Notes: generated by a model not told the origin, from the letters alone. 64,000 nt of DNA from an uncultured Gammaproteobacteria bacterium (GCA_964491475.1 CAZBFO010000003.1:8766-72765); one strand, 5' to 3'. Positions 37,946 to 46,938 are shown, counted from the stretch's first letter. Translations and numbers: made by a program.

Positions 37946-38337
37946 GGGGATGACCGGCATCGACGGGAGTTCGTTTCACGGCATGCCATCCGAGGTCGGC
38001 CGCATCCTCGTAAATCCGCGGTCACCGAACAAGTGCAAACTTGCTCTCGCGCGCGAAGTCGGCCCTGGCTAACGCCTTTGCCCCTTCGTTCGTTCCGGCT
38101 TTCGCTTAAGCGTTAAAGCCCATCCGTTCCGCTGACGTCAGATAAGCGGAGTCCGGGTGTCATTCATCTGGCAGAGCAGTCGCGCCGCACCGACGCGCCC
38201 GCCGAAATTGCATCGGCGCTCGTGGCAGGGGATTTCGTCCGCTTTCCACCCCCGCCAGACCACCAAACGGACTACGATCGTAGAAGTGCCGAGGGATACC
38301 TCACCAGACGGGAGTTCGACTCTCCCCATCTCCACCA
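37946..38337 (+). ncRNA. ssrA: tmRNA (SsrA), one-piece
   Basis: 5' GGGGAUGACCGGCAUCGACGGG and 3' GGGAGUUCGACUCUCCCCAUCUCCACCA form a tRNA-Ala-like acceptor stem with a G3-U wobble; conserved GCAUGCC, GAGG and CCUCGUAAA; resume codon GCA at 38035; tag ORF ends at TAA 38107-38109. Confidence 0.8.
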
Positions 38338-38339
38338 AG

Positions 38340-38370
38340 AAAAACGACCGATTGATGATCGGTCGTTTTT
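38340..38370. terminator. bidirectional intrinsic terminator
   Basis: aaaaacgaccgat-tgatg-atcggtcgttttt, perfect 13-bp stem with A- and T-tracts. Confidence 0.6.
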
Positions 38371-38389
38371 CGTACCGCGTTGCGGCGGC

Positions 38390-39064
38390 TTACGGGTTGT
38401 TGTGTGTCTGGATCGGCTGACCGTCCAGAATGGCGTGAATCGGGCCGTTCACGTTGATGAGCGGAACGTTGAGGAACTTGACGGGGACTTCTTGGGCGTC
38501 AGGGGTGTATTGGACGTGTGCCGCGACGATCGTGGGCGCGCCGCCGGTACTCACGGGCTCAACGGTCGCAGAAATGGAAAGCGAAGTGTTGAACTTGATG
38601 GGTACCGTCGTTGAGATGAAGTCTTTGGTAATCTGCCAGCCGGAAACCAAGCCGCTTGCAACTGCGTCCGTGTCGGTATTTGCTCCGACCGTGACCAGCG
38701 GCGTCGCCATGCCGTCCACGTTGATGCTGTACGTCACCTTGTCGCCGGTCCTGGCGCGCTTGGCGCGAAGCGAAATGGCTTGCGTCGCGCCGCCAAAAGG
38801 GGCCGTGCAATTGACAATCTGCTGCGTCGAGGTGCCGGAAGAGCTGAATTGCACTATGCCCGGCCCGGAAGACGCGTTCGACATCAGGATGTCAGGCGAT
38901 CCGCACGATACTGAACCGGCTCCCTGCACCGCCAGCGCGGTAGTCGGCCGGAAGTACGGCAGGCTCAATATTCCGACGACGATCAGCATACCGATTGCCC
39001 CGATAGATACGGCAAGGATGCTGCCGGGCTTGGGGCCATTTATGGTCGATGTGTCCATAGGCAC
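38390..39064 (-). CDS. hypothetical secreted/membrane-anchored protein
   Basis: 224 aa; N-terminal hydrophobic anchor, Ser/Thr/Gly-rich beta-like domain; divergent from the ECF sigma gene. Confidence 0.5.
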   Translation of the reverse strand: MPMDTSTINGPKPGSILAVSIGAIGMLIVVGILSLPYFRPTTALAVQGAGSVSCGSPDILMSNASSGPGIVQFSSSGTSTQQIVNCTAPFGGATQAISLRAKRARTGDKVTYSINVDGMATPLVTVGANTDTDAVASGLVSGWQITKDFISTTVPIKFNTSLSISATVEPVSTGGAPTIVAAHVQYTPDAQEVPVKFLNVPLINVNGPIHAILDGQPIQTHNNP

Positions 39065-39235
39065 TTAGGGTAAAATGCAAAGTACCTTCAGAATAGCATA
39101 TATGCCGATTTTGGCGGAGCCTTACGGTAAGGAGAGGGCGCAGACCTTGCCTAAACGCCCGTTTTAGGCTATCTTTGACCGTTACGCCCCTCAATCCGTA
39201 AGAAAAAACCGGGGCTGGCGTCATCATAAACGGAC

Positions 39236-39739
39236 ATGCAAAGCGCCCAGCTACAACATGACGAGTTCATGAAAGCGTACGATCTCTACGCCGACGCCAT
39301 TTTTCGTCATTGTTACTTTCGGGTGTATGACCGCGAGAAGGCCCGGGAAATGATGCAGGACGCGTTCATGAAGACCTGGGAGTACCTTTCCAAAGGAAAG
39401 GAAATCGATAACCTCCGGGCATTCCTTTATCGCGTGGCCAACAACATGGTCATCGACCACAGCCGCAAGAAGAAGGAGTCTTCGCTCGATGCGCTGATGG
39501 AAGAAGGGTTCGAACCTGCCGTCAACGACAAGACGACCCTGGCGGCGGAGGCCGGACAGATGATCGCGCTGCTGGACCGGCTCGACGTGAAGTACCGCGA
39601 CGCCGTCCGCATGCGGTATCTCGACGACCTTTCGCCTAAGGAAATCGCTCATGCATTGGGAGAGACGGAAAACGTCATCTCCGTGCGCATTCACAGGGGC
39701 ATTGCCCAACTGCGCGCCTTGATGGCGCAAACCGCCTGA
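39236..39739 (+). CDS. ECF-type RNA polymerase sigma factor (sigma-70 family)
   Basis: 167 aa; region 2 (..AFMKTWEYL..) and region 4 HTH (RMRYLDDLSPKEIAHALGETENVISVRIHRG). Confidence 0.85.
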   Translation: MQSAQLQHDEFMKAYDLYADAIFRHCYFRVYDREKAREMMQDAFMKTWEYLSKGKEIDNLRAFLYRVANNMVIDHSRKKKESSLDALMEEGFEPAVNDKTTLAAEAGQMIALLDRLDVKYRDAVRMRYLDDLSPKEIAHALGETENVISVRIHRGIAQLRALMAQTA

Positions 39740-39747
39740 TATCGCCT

Positions 39748-40998
39748 ATGGAAGACCTGCTCAACAACCTGAAGGCCCATGCCAAGAACGTGGCGCTGAC
39801 GGCCGGGGAGAAATCCGCCGGCCGTGAGGCCTTGCGCTCTTTCATGGCGCTGACGCCGAACCGTCTTTCCCAGGCCAAAGCGTCGAAACCGAAACGCTTC
39901 GCCTTCCTGCGGCTCTCGCATGCGGGTCGCGCGGCCGGAGTGTTCGCCGCCTCCTTTGCCCTGCTGCTTTCTGCTGGCGGGATTTCCTATGCCGCCGAAG
40001 GCGCGGTGCCCGGCGACACGCTGTATCCGGTGAAGGTCTCGTTCAGCGAGCCGATCCGCGCAGCAGTCGCCGTCTCCGAAAAGGACCGTGCCGAATGGTC
40101 GGCAGAGCGTGCCAGCCGCCGCCTGGCCGAGGCGGAGGTGCTGGCTCAGCGGGGCAAGCTCGAGGCGGAAATGCGAGCCTCGCTTGATGCCGACTTCCAG
40201 CGCTTTTCCGAAGGCGCCGAACTTCACTTGGCGAAGGTCAGGGAGGAAGATGACGCCGACGCCGCCGATGTCAGCGCTCACATCGAGGGTACGCTCCGCG
40301 CGCACAGCCAGATCATGGCCGCGTTGGCCGAGAATCGCCGGGAGCGGCGGAAGGCCGCCAAGCTCGACGACCGTGCGGAGGGCGGCGATGCCGGCGACAA
40401 CGGCGACGATGAGGAACACCAGGTTGCCGTCCTTGCCGCTTCGGTCGACCAGCAGGTGAGCGTGACGATTAAGGAAAACGATTCTACCGAGACGCGAGCC
40501 TCTTCCGGCGGTTCCGTCAAGGCCGCGGGATTCGCCCGGGGCAGGCATGATGCCGCCGTACGCAAGATTGCCGAAGTCCGTTCCTGGCTCGCCGCCAAGT
40601 CGGGTTCGTTCACGGCCGACTCGCGCACGCAGGCCGATGCGCGACTGACCGCCGCGGATTCCTCCGTGGCCGCCGGTGACGCGGCCCTTGCCGCCGGCAA
40701 GAATCGCGAGGCCTTTGCCGCTTACGCCAAGGCGCAGCGGCTGGCGCAGGAAGCCAAACTCATCGTTCGCGCCAGCAACGACTTGGGAGTGCAGGTGCGT
40801 TTCAAGGACTCGTCCGAGGACGACACCGATCGCGAAGGCGACGCGGACAAGCGGAACGGTGACGGGAATGACCGTGGCGGCTTGGACCTCAACGCGGACG
40901 CGGGCGTCCATCTCGACGGCCTGCTCGGCGGCCATGACCGCGGCAGTTCCGACGAGAACCGCCGACGGCATGGTTCTCGCGATGGAAGCGACAACTAG
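39748..40998 (+). CDS. DUF5667-like putative anti-sigma factor (TM anchor, helical Ala/Glu-rich extracytoplasmic domain)
   Basis: 416 aa; begins 9 nt after the sigma gene; TM helix after ~60 aa; PGDTLYPVKVSFSE motif typical of DUF5667; Asp/Gly/Arg-rich C-terminus. Confidence 0.65.
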   Translation: MEDLLNNLKAHAKNVALTAGEKSAGREALRSFMALTPNRLSQAKASKPKRFAFLRLSHAGRAAGVFAASFALLLSAGGISYAAEGAVPGDTLYPVKVSFSEPIRAAVAVSEKDRAEWSAERASRRLAEAEVLAQRGKLEAEMRASLDADFQRFSEGAELHLAKVREEDDADAADVSAHIEGTLRAHSQIMAALAENRRERRKAAKLDDRAEGGDAGDNGDDEEHQVAVLAASVDQQVSVTIKENDSTETRASSGGSVKAAGFARGRHDAAVRKIAEVRSWLAAKSGSFTADSRTQADARLTAADSSVAAGDAALAAGKNREAFAAYAKAQRLAQEAKLIVRASNDLGVQVRFKDSSEDDTDREGDADKRNGDGNDRGGLDLNADAGVHLDGLLGGHDRGSSDENRRRHGSRDGSDN

Positions 40999-41003
40999 CG
41001 ACG

Positions 41004-41031
41004 AAAAACCTCCGGAACGCCGGAGGTTTTT
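41004..41031. terminator. bidirectional intrinsic terminator
   Basis: aaaaacctccgg-aacg-ccggaggttttt. Confidence 0.6.
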
Positions 41032-41046
41032 CGTTTTGCGAACGTT

Positions 41047-43617
41047 TCAGCTTGCTGCGGTTCGCGGCTTGGCAGTGGCCCGCAACAACCATCGTTTGAC
41101 CAGTTCGCTGGCCAGGAAGTAGCCCCCGACAATGGCCAAGCCCATCAGCGCGTGTTTCGGTGCAGGCGACACGAAGTGGAAGATGGAGCGCCCCAGCGCC
41201 GAGAAGGGAATGGCGATGGCGGTCAGCGCCGCCACGACCGACATGCCGGCCAGCGGCCAGGAGGGAGGCGCGGCCTTCCAGAAACGGCCGGCGGTGCGCA
41301 GCGAGAACACCAGCGCGATTTCGGTCAGCACGCTGACGATGAACCACGATGACTGCAGGATGGCTTCGCCCTCGCCTCGGAATACCGCGAAGGTGGTGAA
41401 GTCGAAAAGGCTGCTGACGAGGCCGAGGATGGTGGTGTAGATGATGATGCTGCGCGCGTCGTACTTCTTCGGCTCCGCCAAGTCGGCCTTGTCGAGGCTG
41501 TCGGTGGCGATGGTCAGCATGGGGAAGTCGGAGAGCAGGTTCAGCAGCAGAATCTGCAACGGCAGCATCGGCAGGTAGTTCACGAACAGCGAGATGATCG
41601 CCACCGAATAGAAGTTGCCGAAGTTGGATGCCAGCGTGACCTTGATGTACTTGATGGTGTTGCTCGACGTGCGGCGGCCCTCCTCGATGCCGTCGAAGAT
41701 GACGTGCAGGTCGCGGTTGAGCAGGATGACGTCGGCGGATTCCTTGGCGATGTCCGAGGCGCCTTCGACCGCCAGTCCGACGTTGGCCATCTTGAGGCCG
41801 GGCGCGTCATTGAAGCCTTCGCCCAGGAAGCCGACGGTCTTCTTTTCCTGCAGCAGCCCCAGCACCATGAACTTCTGCCGCGGGTTCATTCGGGCGAAGA
41901 CGTGCCTGGCATGCACTGCGGCGTGCCGTTCGTCGTCGCTCATGGCCTCGAGTTCGGCGCCGGTGACGACGTCGGTGGGGTCGCTGACGATGTTCAGCTT
42001 GCGGGCCACTGCGCCGGCCACGTCGCGCGAGTCGCCGGTGATGATCTTGATCTGGACGCCCAGCGCGGCGGCCTTCTTGGCGGCGCGGACGGCGCTCGGC
42101 TTGAGCGGGTCCACGAAGGAGATGAGGCCGAGCAGGCGCATGCCGTGCTCCTCGTCGCGCAGCGCCGCGTGCGCCGAAACGTCTTTGGCCGCCACGGCGA
42201 TCACGCGGTTGCCGGCGAGACCTTGCCGGACGATTTCCTTGCCGACGGACACGGCATTGGGGACGTTGGCACACAGGGGGAGCACGTCATCGGGGGAGCC
42301 GCGCATGATCATCCTGGCCCTGCCCCCCGGCAACGCGATCATGACGCTGTTGCGGCGGCGCACGGGATCGAAGGGCAGCTCGGCCAGCTTCACGACGTGC
42401 TTGGCTTCGCCCTGCAGCTTGGCGCCGGCGTGCCGCCACAGCGCGACGTCGAAGGCGTTGTTCTGCTGCTTGGCCTTTTCGCCGATGAAAGAGGAGGACA
42501 GCAGCCCGTGGCGGAAGCATTCGTCGGGGTCGGCCGAGAGCACGTCGGCCACCTCGAGCTCGTTCTTGGTGATGGTGCCGGTCTTGTCGGTGCACAGGAT
42601 TTCGATGCTGCCGAGGTCGTCGATGGCCGAAAGGCGTTTTACGACGACCTTGCGCTTGGCCAGTGTGACCGCGCCGCGCGACAGCGAAATAGTCGAGACT
42701 ACCGGCAATGCCTCGGGAATGATGCCGACGGTGAGCACGATGGAGAAGATCAGCAATTCCTGCAGGTGGCTCCAGCCCTTGAGCATCACATTCAGGAAGA
42801 ACATGAAGGCGATGGTGACCAGCACCAGCTTCATGATGAAGGTGCTGAAACCGGAAATTTCCCTTTCGAAGGCGCTGGTTCCCTTGGCGGCGGAGGCGAG
42901 GGCGGCGATGTCGCCGAGCGCGGCCGCCTTGCCCGTGGCGATGACCACCGCGGTCGCCTCGCCCGTCAGCATGGACGTGCCGGAGAAGCCGATGTTGGTG
43001 GCGGCGTAGTATTCTCCTGGCTCGACCGCCATCCGCAGGGCGTCCTTGTAGACGTCGTTTGATTCGCCGGTGAGCACCGACTCGTCCACGGACGCCGAAG
43101 TGACGGACAGGAAGCGGATGTCGGCAGGGATTTTGTCGCCGGCCTGCAGGTGCACGACGTCGCCCGGAACGAGTTCGGCGGAATCGACGATGACCGTCTT
43201 GCCGTCGCGGATGACATGCGTGGATTGCCGCCAGTACTTCATCAGCACTTCGACCGCCCGTTCGGCGCGGAATTCCTGGAAGAAGCCGAGGACGGTGTTC
43301 AGCACGGTGAACAGCACGATCATGCCTGCGTCAAAGCGCTCGCCGGTGGCGAAGGCCACGGCCGCCGCGACCGCCAGCAGGTAGATGAAAGGTGACGTGA
43401 GCTGGCGCACCAGCACGTCGAGCGCGGTCTTCCGCTTTCGGGCGATGTCGTTCGGTCCGAACTCCGCTTTTCGGGATCGCGCCTCGTCCGCGGAAAGGCC
43501 GGCGGCCGCATCCGAGCGCAGCGCTTTCAGCAGCTGGTCGGCAGGCGCGGCCGCCGCCTTCTTGAAGTCATGGTTTGCGAGCTGTTCGGTGGGTTGCATG
43601 GCCTCATCGTAGCACAA
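41047..43617 (-). CDS. cation-transporting P-type ATPase (P2/P3-like; Mg/Ca/H type)
   Basis: 856 aa; DKTGTITKN phosphorylation motif, TGES, TGDSRD, GEGFNDAPGLKMANVG (GDGxND) and 10 TM helices. Confidence 0.9.
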   Translation of the reverse strand: MCYDEAMQPTEQLANHDFKKAAAAPADQLLKALRSDAAAGLSADEARSRKAEFGPNDIARKRKTALDVLVRQLTSPFIYLLAVAAAVAFATGERFDAGMIVLFTVLNTVLGFFQEFRAERAVEVLMKYWRQSTHVIRDGKTVIVDSAELVPGDVVHLQAGDKIPADIRFLSVTSASVDESVLTGESNDVYKDALRMAVEPGEYYAATNIGFSGTSMLTGEATAVVIATGKAAALGDIAALASAAKGTSAFEREISGFSTFIMKLVLVTIAFMFFLNVMLKGWSHLQELLIFSIVLTVGIIPEALPVVSTISLSRGAVTLAKRKVVVKRLSAIDDLGSIEILCTDKTGTITKNELEVADVLSADPDECFRHGLLSSSFIGEKAKQQNNAFDVALWRHAGAKLQGEAKHVVKLAELPFDPVRRRNSVMIALPGGRARMIMRGSPDDVLPLCANVPNAVSVGKEIVRQGLAGNRVIAVAAKDVSAHAALRDEEHGMRLLGLISFVDPLKPSAVRAAKKAAALGVQIKIITGDSRDVAGAVARKLNIVSDPTDVVTGAELEAMSDDERHAAVHARHVFARMNPRQKFMVLGLLQEKKTVGFLGEGFNDAPGLKMANVGLAVEGASDIAKESADVILLNRDLHVIFDGIEEGRRTSSNTIKYIKVTLASNFGNFYSVAIISLFVNYLPMLPLQILLLNLLSDFPMLTIATDSLDKADLAEPKKYDARSIIIYTTILGLVSSLFDFTTFAVFRGEGEAILQSSWFIVSVLTEIALVFSLRTAGRFWKAAPPSWPLAGMSVVAALTAIAIPFSALGRSIFHFVSPAPKHALMGLAIVGGYFLASELVKRWLLRATAKPRTAAS

Positions 43618-43651
43618 AAGACCCTTTCACGACTCCGGGGGAGCTGGTATA

Positions 43652-44152
43652 GTGAAGGTGCATATGACGCCAAAAACTCCCAAGCGAAAGTCGCTTTTCG
43701 TGTTCAACGAGTTCACCGTCCTGTTCACGTTCGGCGCGGTCGGGTTGGTGATGCTGCTGTTCGGGGGAATCTTCGGCGTCGGCAATCTCGATTGGGATGA
43801 TTCGGCGAAAGAAATCGCCGCACCGGAAGCGATAGTGCAGACGGCGCCCACCACGGAGGAGTATCAGGCGGAGGCCCGCGGCGCGATGACGCCTTTCCTG
43901 CAGGAGGCCGTGAACGTGCGCAAGGAGAATTTCGCGTCGATGGATCCCTCGATGCTTGATTTGGCGACGAAAACCCAGGACCGGATGCTCGACGTGCGAG
44001 TGCCCAAGGATTCGCGTGACGCGCATCTCGCCTTCGTGCTCCTGCTTGACCAGTGGAAGCGCGCGCTCGGCGGCTCCAAGATCGATCAGAAGGCGGTGCT
44101 GAAGAAGACTTCGCAGCTGATCGCGGAGAACCCGTGGGTGCTGCAGCAGTAG
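43652..44152 (+). CDS. hypothetical single-pass membrane protein (first gene of a 4-gene operon)
   Basis: 166 aa; TM helix FTVLFTFGAVGLVMLLFGGIFGV. Confidence 0.4.
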   Translation: MKVHMTPKTPKRKSLFVFNEFTVLFTFGAVGLVMLLFGGIFGVGNLDWDDSAKEIAAPEAIVQTAPTTEEYQAEARGAMTPFLQEAVNVRKENFASMDPSMLDLATKTQDRMLDVRVPKDSRDAHLAFVLLLDQWKRALGGSKIDQKAVLKKTSQLIAENPWVLQQ

Positions 44153-44153
44153 T

Positions 44154-44876
44154 ATGACCAGAATCGAAAACGCCGCTTCGTTCCAGGACAAGGAGGCGCT
44201 CAAGAAGGAAATACGGCGCGAAATCAAGGTGGAAGAGCGGCGCAAGAAGCTGGTTGGCTGCGGCGGCTGCCTGCTGCTGGCGCTGGTCGTCATCTGCGTG
44301 CCCCTCTTTTTGGTCGCGCCGTTCTTCGCGAAGACAGGTTTCGTCGAGGTGCCGCTGCTGACTCGCGCGGTATACAGGCCGTCGGCTCCCATGCGGGATG
44401 TCGCGCCGTTCAGCGGCGAAACCTCCGATCAGGTGCTGGCGGTGCTTCCGCACAAGATCACCTACGACGTTGCGGCGGCGCAGCTGCGTCTGCCGATCAG
44501 CGAGCAGGAGTTCACCACCGTGATGCAGCGCGTCGCCACGATGAAGCCCAGCCAGCTGCCGTTCGCCGTGAGCCGGATGCAGATGGTCATCGAACCGAAC
44601 CAGGTCGAGGTCTTCGCCGTGTCTCCCCGGCATGGCCGGGACGTGACGGTGCGCATCCGCCTCGTTCCCCGTGTTCGCGACGGCCAGCTGGTCATTGAGT
44701 CGCCGCAAGTGCTTTTGGGCGGCGAAGCGGTGCCGCATTTCCTGGCCCAGCCCTTTTTCGATTACTTCGCGAAGAGCATGATGGACCAGCTTCGCGGTGC
44801 CATGGATTCCGTCGGCCGCCTGGTGGACATCAAGCTTTCGGAAGGCGCAATGACCTTCGTCTTTTTCAGACAATGA
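44154..44876 (+). CDS. hypothetical single-pass membrane protein
   Basis: 240 aa; start 1 nt after the previous stop; TM helix LLLALVVICVPLFLVAPFF. Confidence 0.45.
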   Translation: MTRIENAASFQDKEALKKEIRREIKVEERRKKLVGCGGCLLLALVVICVPLFLVAPFFAKTGFVEVPLLTRAVYRPSAPMRDVAPFSGETSDQVLAVLPHKITYDVAAAQLRLPISEQEFTTVMQRVATMKPSQLPFAVSRMQMVIEPNQVEVFAVSPRHGRDVTVRIRLVPRVRDGQLVIESPQVLLGGEAVPHFLAQPFFDYFAKSMMDQLRGAMDSVGRLVDIKLSEGAMTFVFFRQ

Positions 44877-44886
44877 CCTGACAACC

Positions 44887-45675
44887 ATGAAGAAGTTCTC
44901 CTCATCGGCCGTCGCCTGGGTGTCTGCTGCCATCGTGGTCGGGTCGTTTGTGACGCTCTCGCTCGTGCCGCGCCTTTCGGCATCGGCTGCCGCCGCGATG
45001 GTGCCGTGGGTCTGCGTGTTGGGTCCGGTCAGCATCGCGCTGACCACTTTCTTCACCAACCGGGACTCCGCCGTCTCCGCGGCGCTGCTCTCGTCGATCA
45101 CTCCCGCCATCCTGCTCGCCGGCGCGCTGGGCACCTTCATGACCGTCGAGGGTGACACCGCCAGGCTGCTGGTCGCCGCAACTACCATCGGCTTCAGCGT
45201 GCTGTTCCTGGCGTACTGGCACGGCATGGGCAGGGGGGACGTCCGTTTCAGCGCCGATGACTTTGCCCACCTGTCGTTCGCGCTGCACGTAGTCGCCATG
45301 TTCTTCGTGCTGGTCAGCGTCTTCGGCCTGTCCGACTTCCTGACGCTGCCTTTGCCCGCCGTGGCCGGCATCGCCGGTGCCATCACCTTGGTGACCGTGG
45401 CCGAAACCATGCGCCGCGCCGGCCTTCCGCGGCAGTCGATAGTCGCTTTCTCCGCGACCATGGCGCTCATCATGGCCGAGGCGACGGTGGCCTTGAGCGA
45501 ATTGCCGACCGGCAACCTGGTGGACGCGATGATGGGCGTCGTGGTATACGCTACCTGCCTGCATGCGGCTACGGCCATTCTCCAGCCTTCGCCCAGGCCT
45601 CCCGCGTTGCGCAGGCATTTCGCGCTTTCCTTCGCCATCGTCATCCTCGTGCTGTCCACCGCGCGGTGGGCCTGA
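44887..45675 (+). CDS. hypothetical polytopic membrane protein
   Basis: 262 aa; about 7 hydrophobic helices. Confidence 0.5.
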   Translation: MKKFSSSAVAWVSAAIVVGSFVTLSLVPRLSASAAAAMVPWVCVLGPVSIALTTFFTNRDSAVSAALLSSITPAILLAGALGTFMTVEGDTARLLVAATTIGFSVLFLAYWHGMGRGDVRFSADDFAHLSFALHVVAMFFVLVSVFGLSDFLTLPLPAVAGIAGAITLVTVAETMRRAGLPRQSIVAFSATMALIMAEATVALSELPTGNLVDAMMGVVVYATCLHAATAILQPSPRPPALRRHFALSFAIVILVLSTARWA

Positions 45676-46823
45676 ATGCTATGAACGAAAAAACATCCCA
45701 AAAAAGCGGATCATTTACGCAGACATTTTTGGTGACCACGGCGTTGGGCGTGGCGGCCGGCGTTGCCGGTGCCATGTTCATGCTGCCGTATGCCACGTCC
45801 GTGCTGGTGCAAAAGTCGGCCACCTCCTCCGTTTCGACTTCCGATTTGCCGCGACCTCGCGTCGCCAGTTCCGTCGCCGCCGGCACGTTGGCTCCGGCCG
45901 TTCGCGCTTCGGTTTCATTTGCGGCCGTCAAAACGACGTCGGGCATCGCCGGAAAGGCCTATGTGCCGGGGGACGCCATCGGCATGGGCGCCGTCGTCAC
46001 TTCCGACGGTTGGATGGCCACGGTGAGCGATTCGCCGCTTCTGAAGAACAGGAACTTGTCCGGCATTACCGCGCTTGTCGGCGGCCGGGCGTACAAGCTG
46101 ACCAGCATGGTCCGTGATGCCTATTCCGGCGTGACGTTCCTGAAGGCCGACGCGGACAATCTCCCGGTGACCGCGTTCGGCGCCACCGACGCCGTCGCGG
46201 CCGGCGATTCCGTGTTCGCGGCCGATTCCGCCGGGGGACTGCGCCGGCTCGAAGTGCTGGCCAATGACACGCTGCCGGCAATCAGCAGCGATGACCTGCT
46301 GCGCTCCTCGGAAAAAGTGCAGCGCCTGTTGCGCGTGACGGGCGGACTGATCGGCACCGGCGCGATGGTGCTGAACGGCAGGGGCGAGATCATCGGGCTG
46401 GCGGCAGGCGACGGGCGTTTCGGGTCCGTGGTGGTGCCGGTCGAGGCGTTCTCGGACATCATCGGCGCGGTGCTGCGCGGACAGCCGCTGCGGCGTCCGT
46501 ACTTGGGACTCAACTACGTCGATTTGTCCCTGATTTCCGGCCGTGACGGCGAGGGGCCGGCTCGCGGTGCCCTGGTTTCCGGTTCGTCCGACGGCAAGCA
46601 ACCGGCGGTCATCAGGGGCGGTCCTGCCGCTGCGGCAGGCATCAGGGCAGGGGATGTCATCGTGGCGATTGACGGCGAGCAGGTCTCCGGAAAGAACCCG
46701 TTGGCCGACGCGCTGATGCAATACCAGCCCGGCGATAAGCCGACGCTCTCCGTACAGCGCGGCAACGCCTCAACGACCATGGACGTGACGGTCACGCTGG
46801 GGGTCGCAAAGAATCTGCAATAA
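45666..46823 (+). CDS. HtrA/DegP-like trypsin-fold protein with C-terminal PDZ domain; catalytic His and Ser apparently absent
   Basis: 385 aa; overlaps the previous gene by 10 nt; N-terminal TM; trypsin-like beta-barrel alignable to DegP, with TVSDS in place of TNNHVV and GTGAMVL in place of GNSGGAL; PDZ region GIRAGDVIVAIDGEQV. Confidence 0.55.
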   Translation: MGLNAMNEKTSQKSGSFTQTFLVTTALGVAAGVAGAMFMLPYATSVLVQKSATSSVSTSDLPRPRVASSVAAGTLAPAVRASVSFAAVKTTSGIAGKAYVPGDAIGMGAVVTSDGWMATVSDSPLLKNRNLSGITALVGGRAYKLTSMVRDAYSGVTFLKADADNLPVTAFGATDAVAAGDSVFAADSAGGLRRLEVLANDTLPAISSDDLLRSSEKVQRLLRVTGGLIGTGAMVLNGRGEIIGLAAGDGRFGSVVVPVEAFSDIIGAVLRGQPLRRPYLGLNYVDLSLISGRDGEGPARGALVSGSSDGKQPAVIRGGPAAAAGIRAGDVIVAIDGEQVSGKNPLADALMQYQPGDKPTLSVQRGNASTTMDVTVTLGVAKNLQ

Positions 46824-46894
46824 ATAAGGGCGCGAGAGGGGTTCGGGATGCGTTCCTGCCCCTTTTTTGGTACACTGGAACCGACCTGGCACGA

Positions 46895-46923
46895 TTGACA
46901 AAACGCCCTTTTCGTGCTAGTTT
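46895..46923 (+). promoter_or_regulatory. sigma70-like promoter TTGACAAAACGCCCTTTTCGTGCTAGTTT
   Basis: -35 TTGACA 46895-46900, 17-nt spacer, extended -10 TGcTAGTTT 46915-46923. Confidence 0.5.
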
Positions 46924-46938
46924 GGCCGGTTGTCTTTC

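Noticed and set aside
38140-38160. RNase P RNA-like 'agtccggg' string
   Set aside because: It lies inside the tmRNA (pseudoknot region). No other RNase P conserved regions were found.
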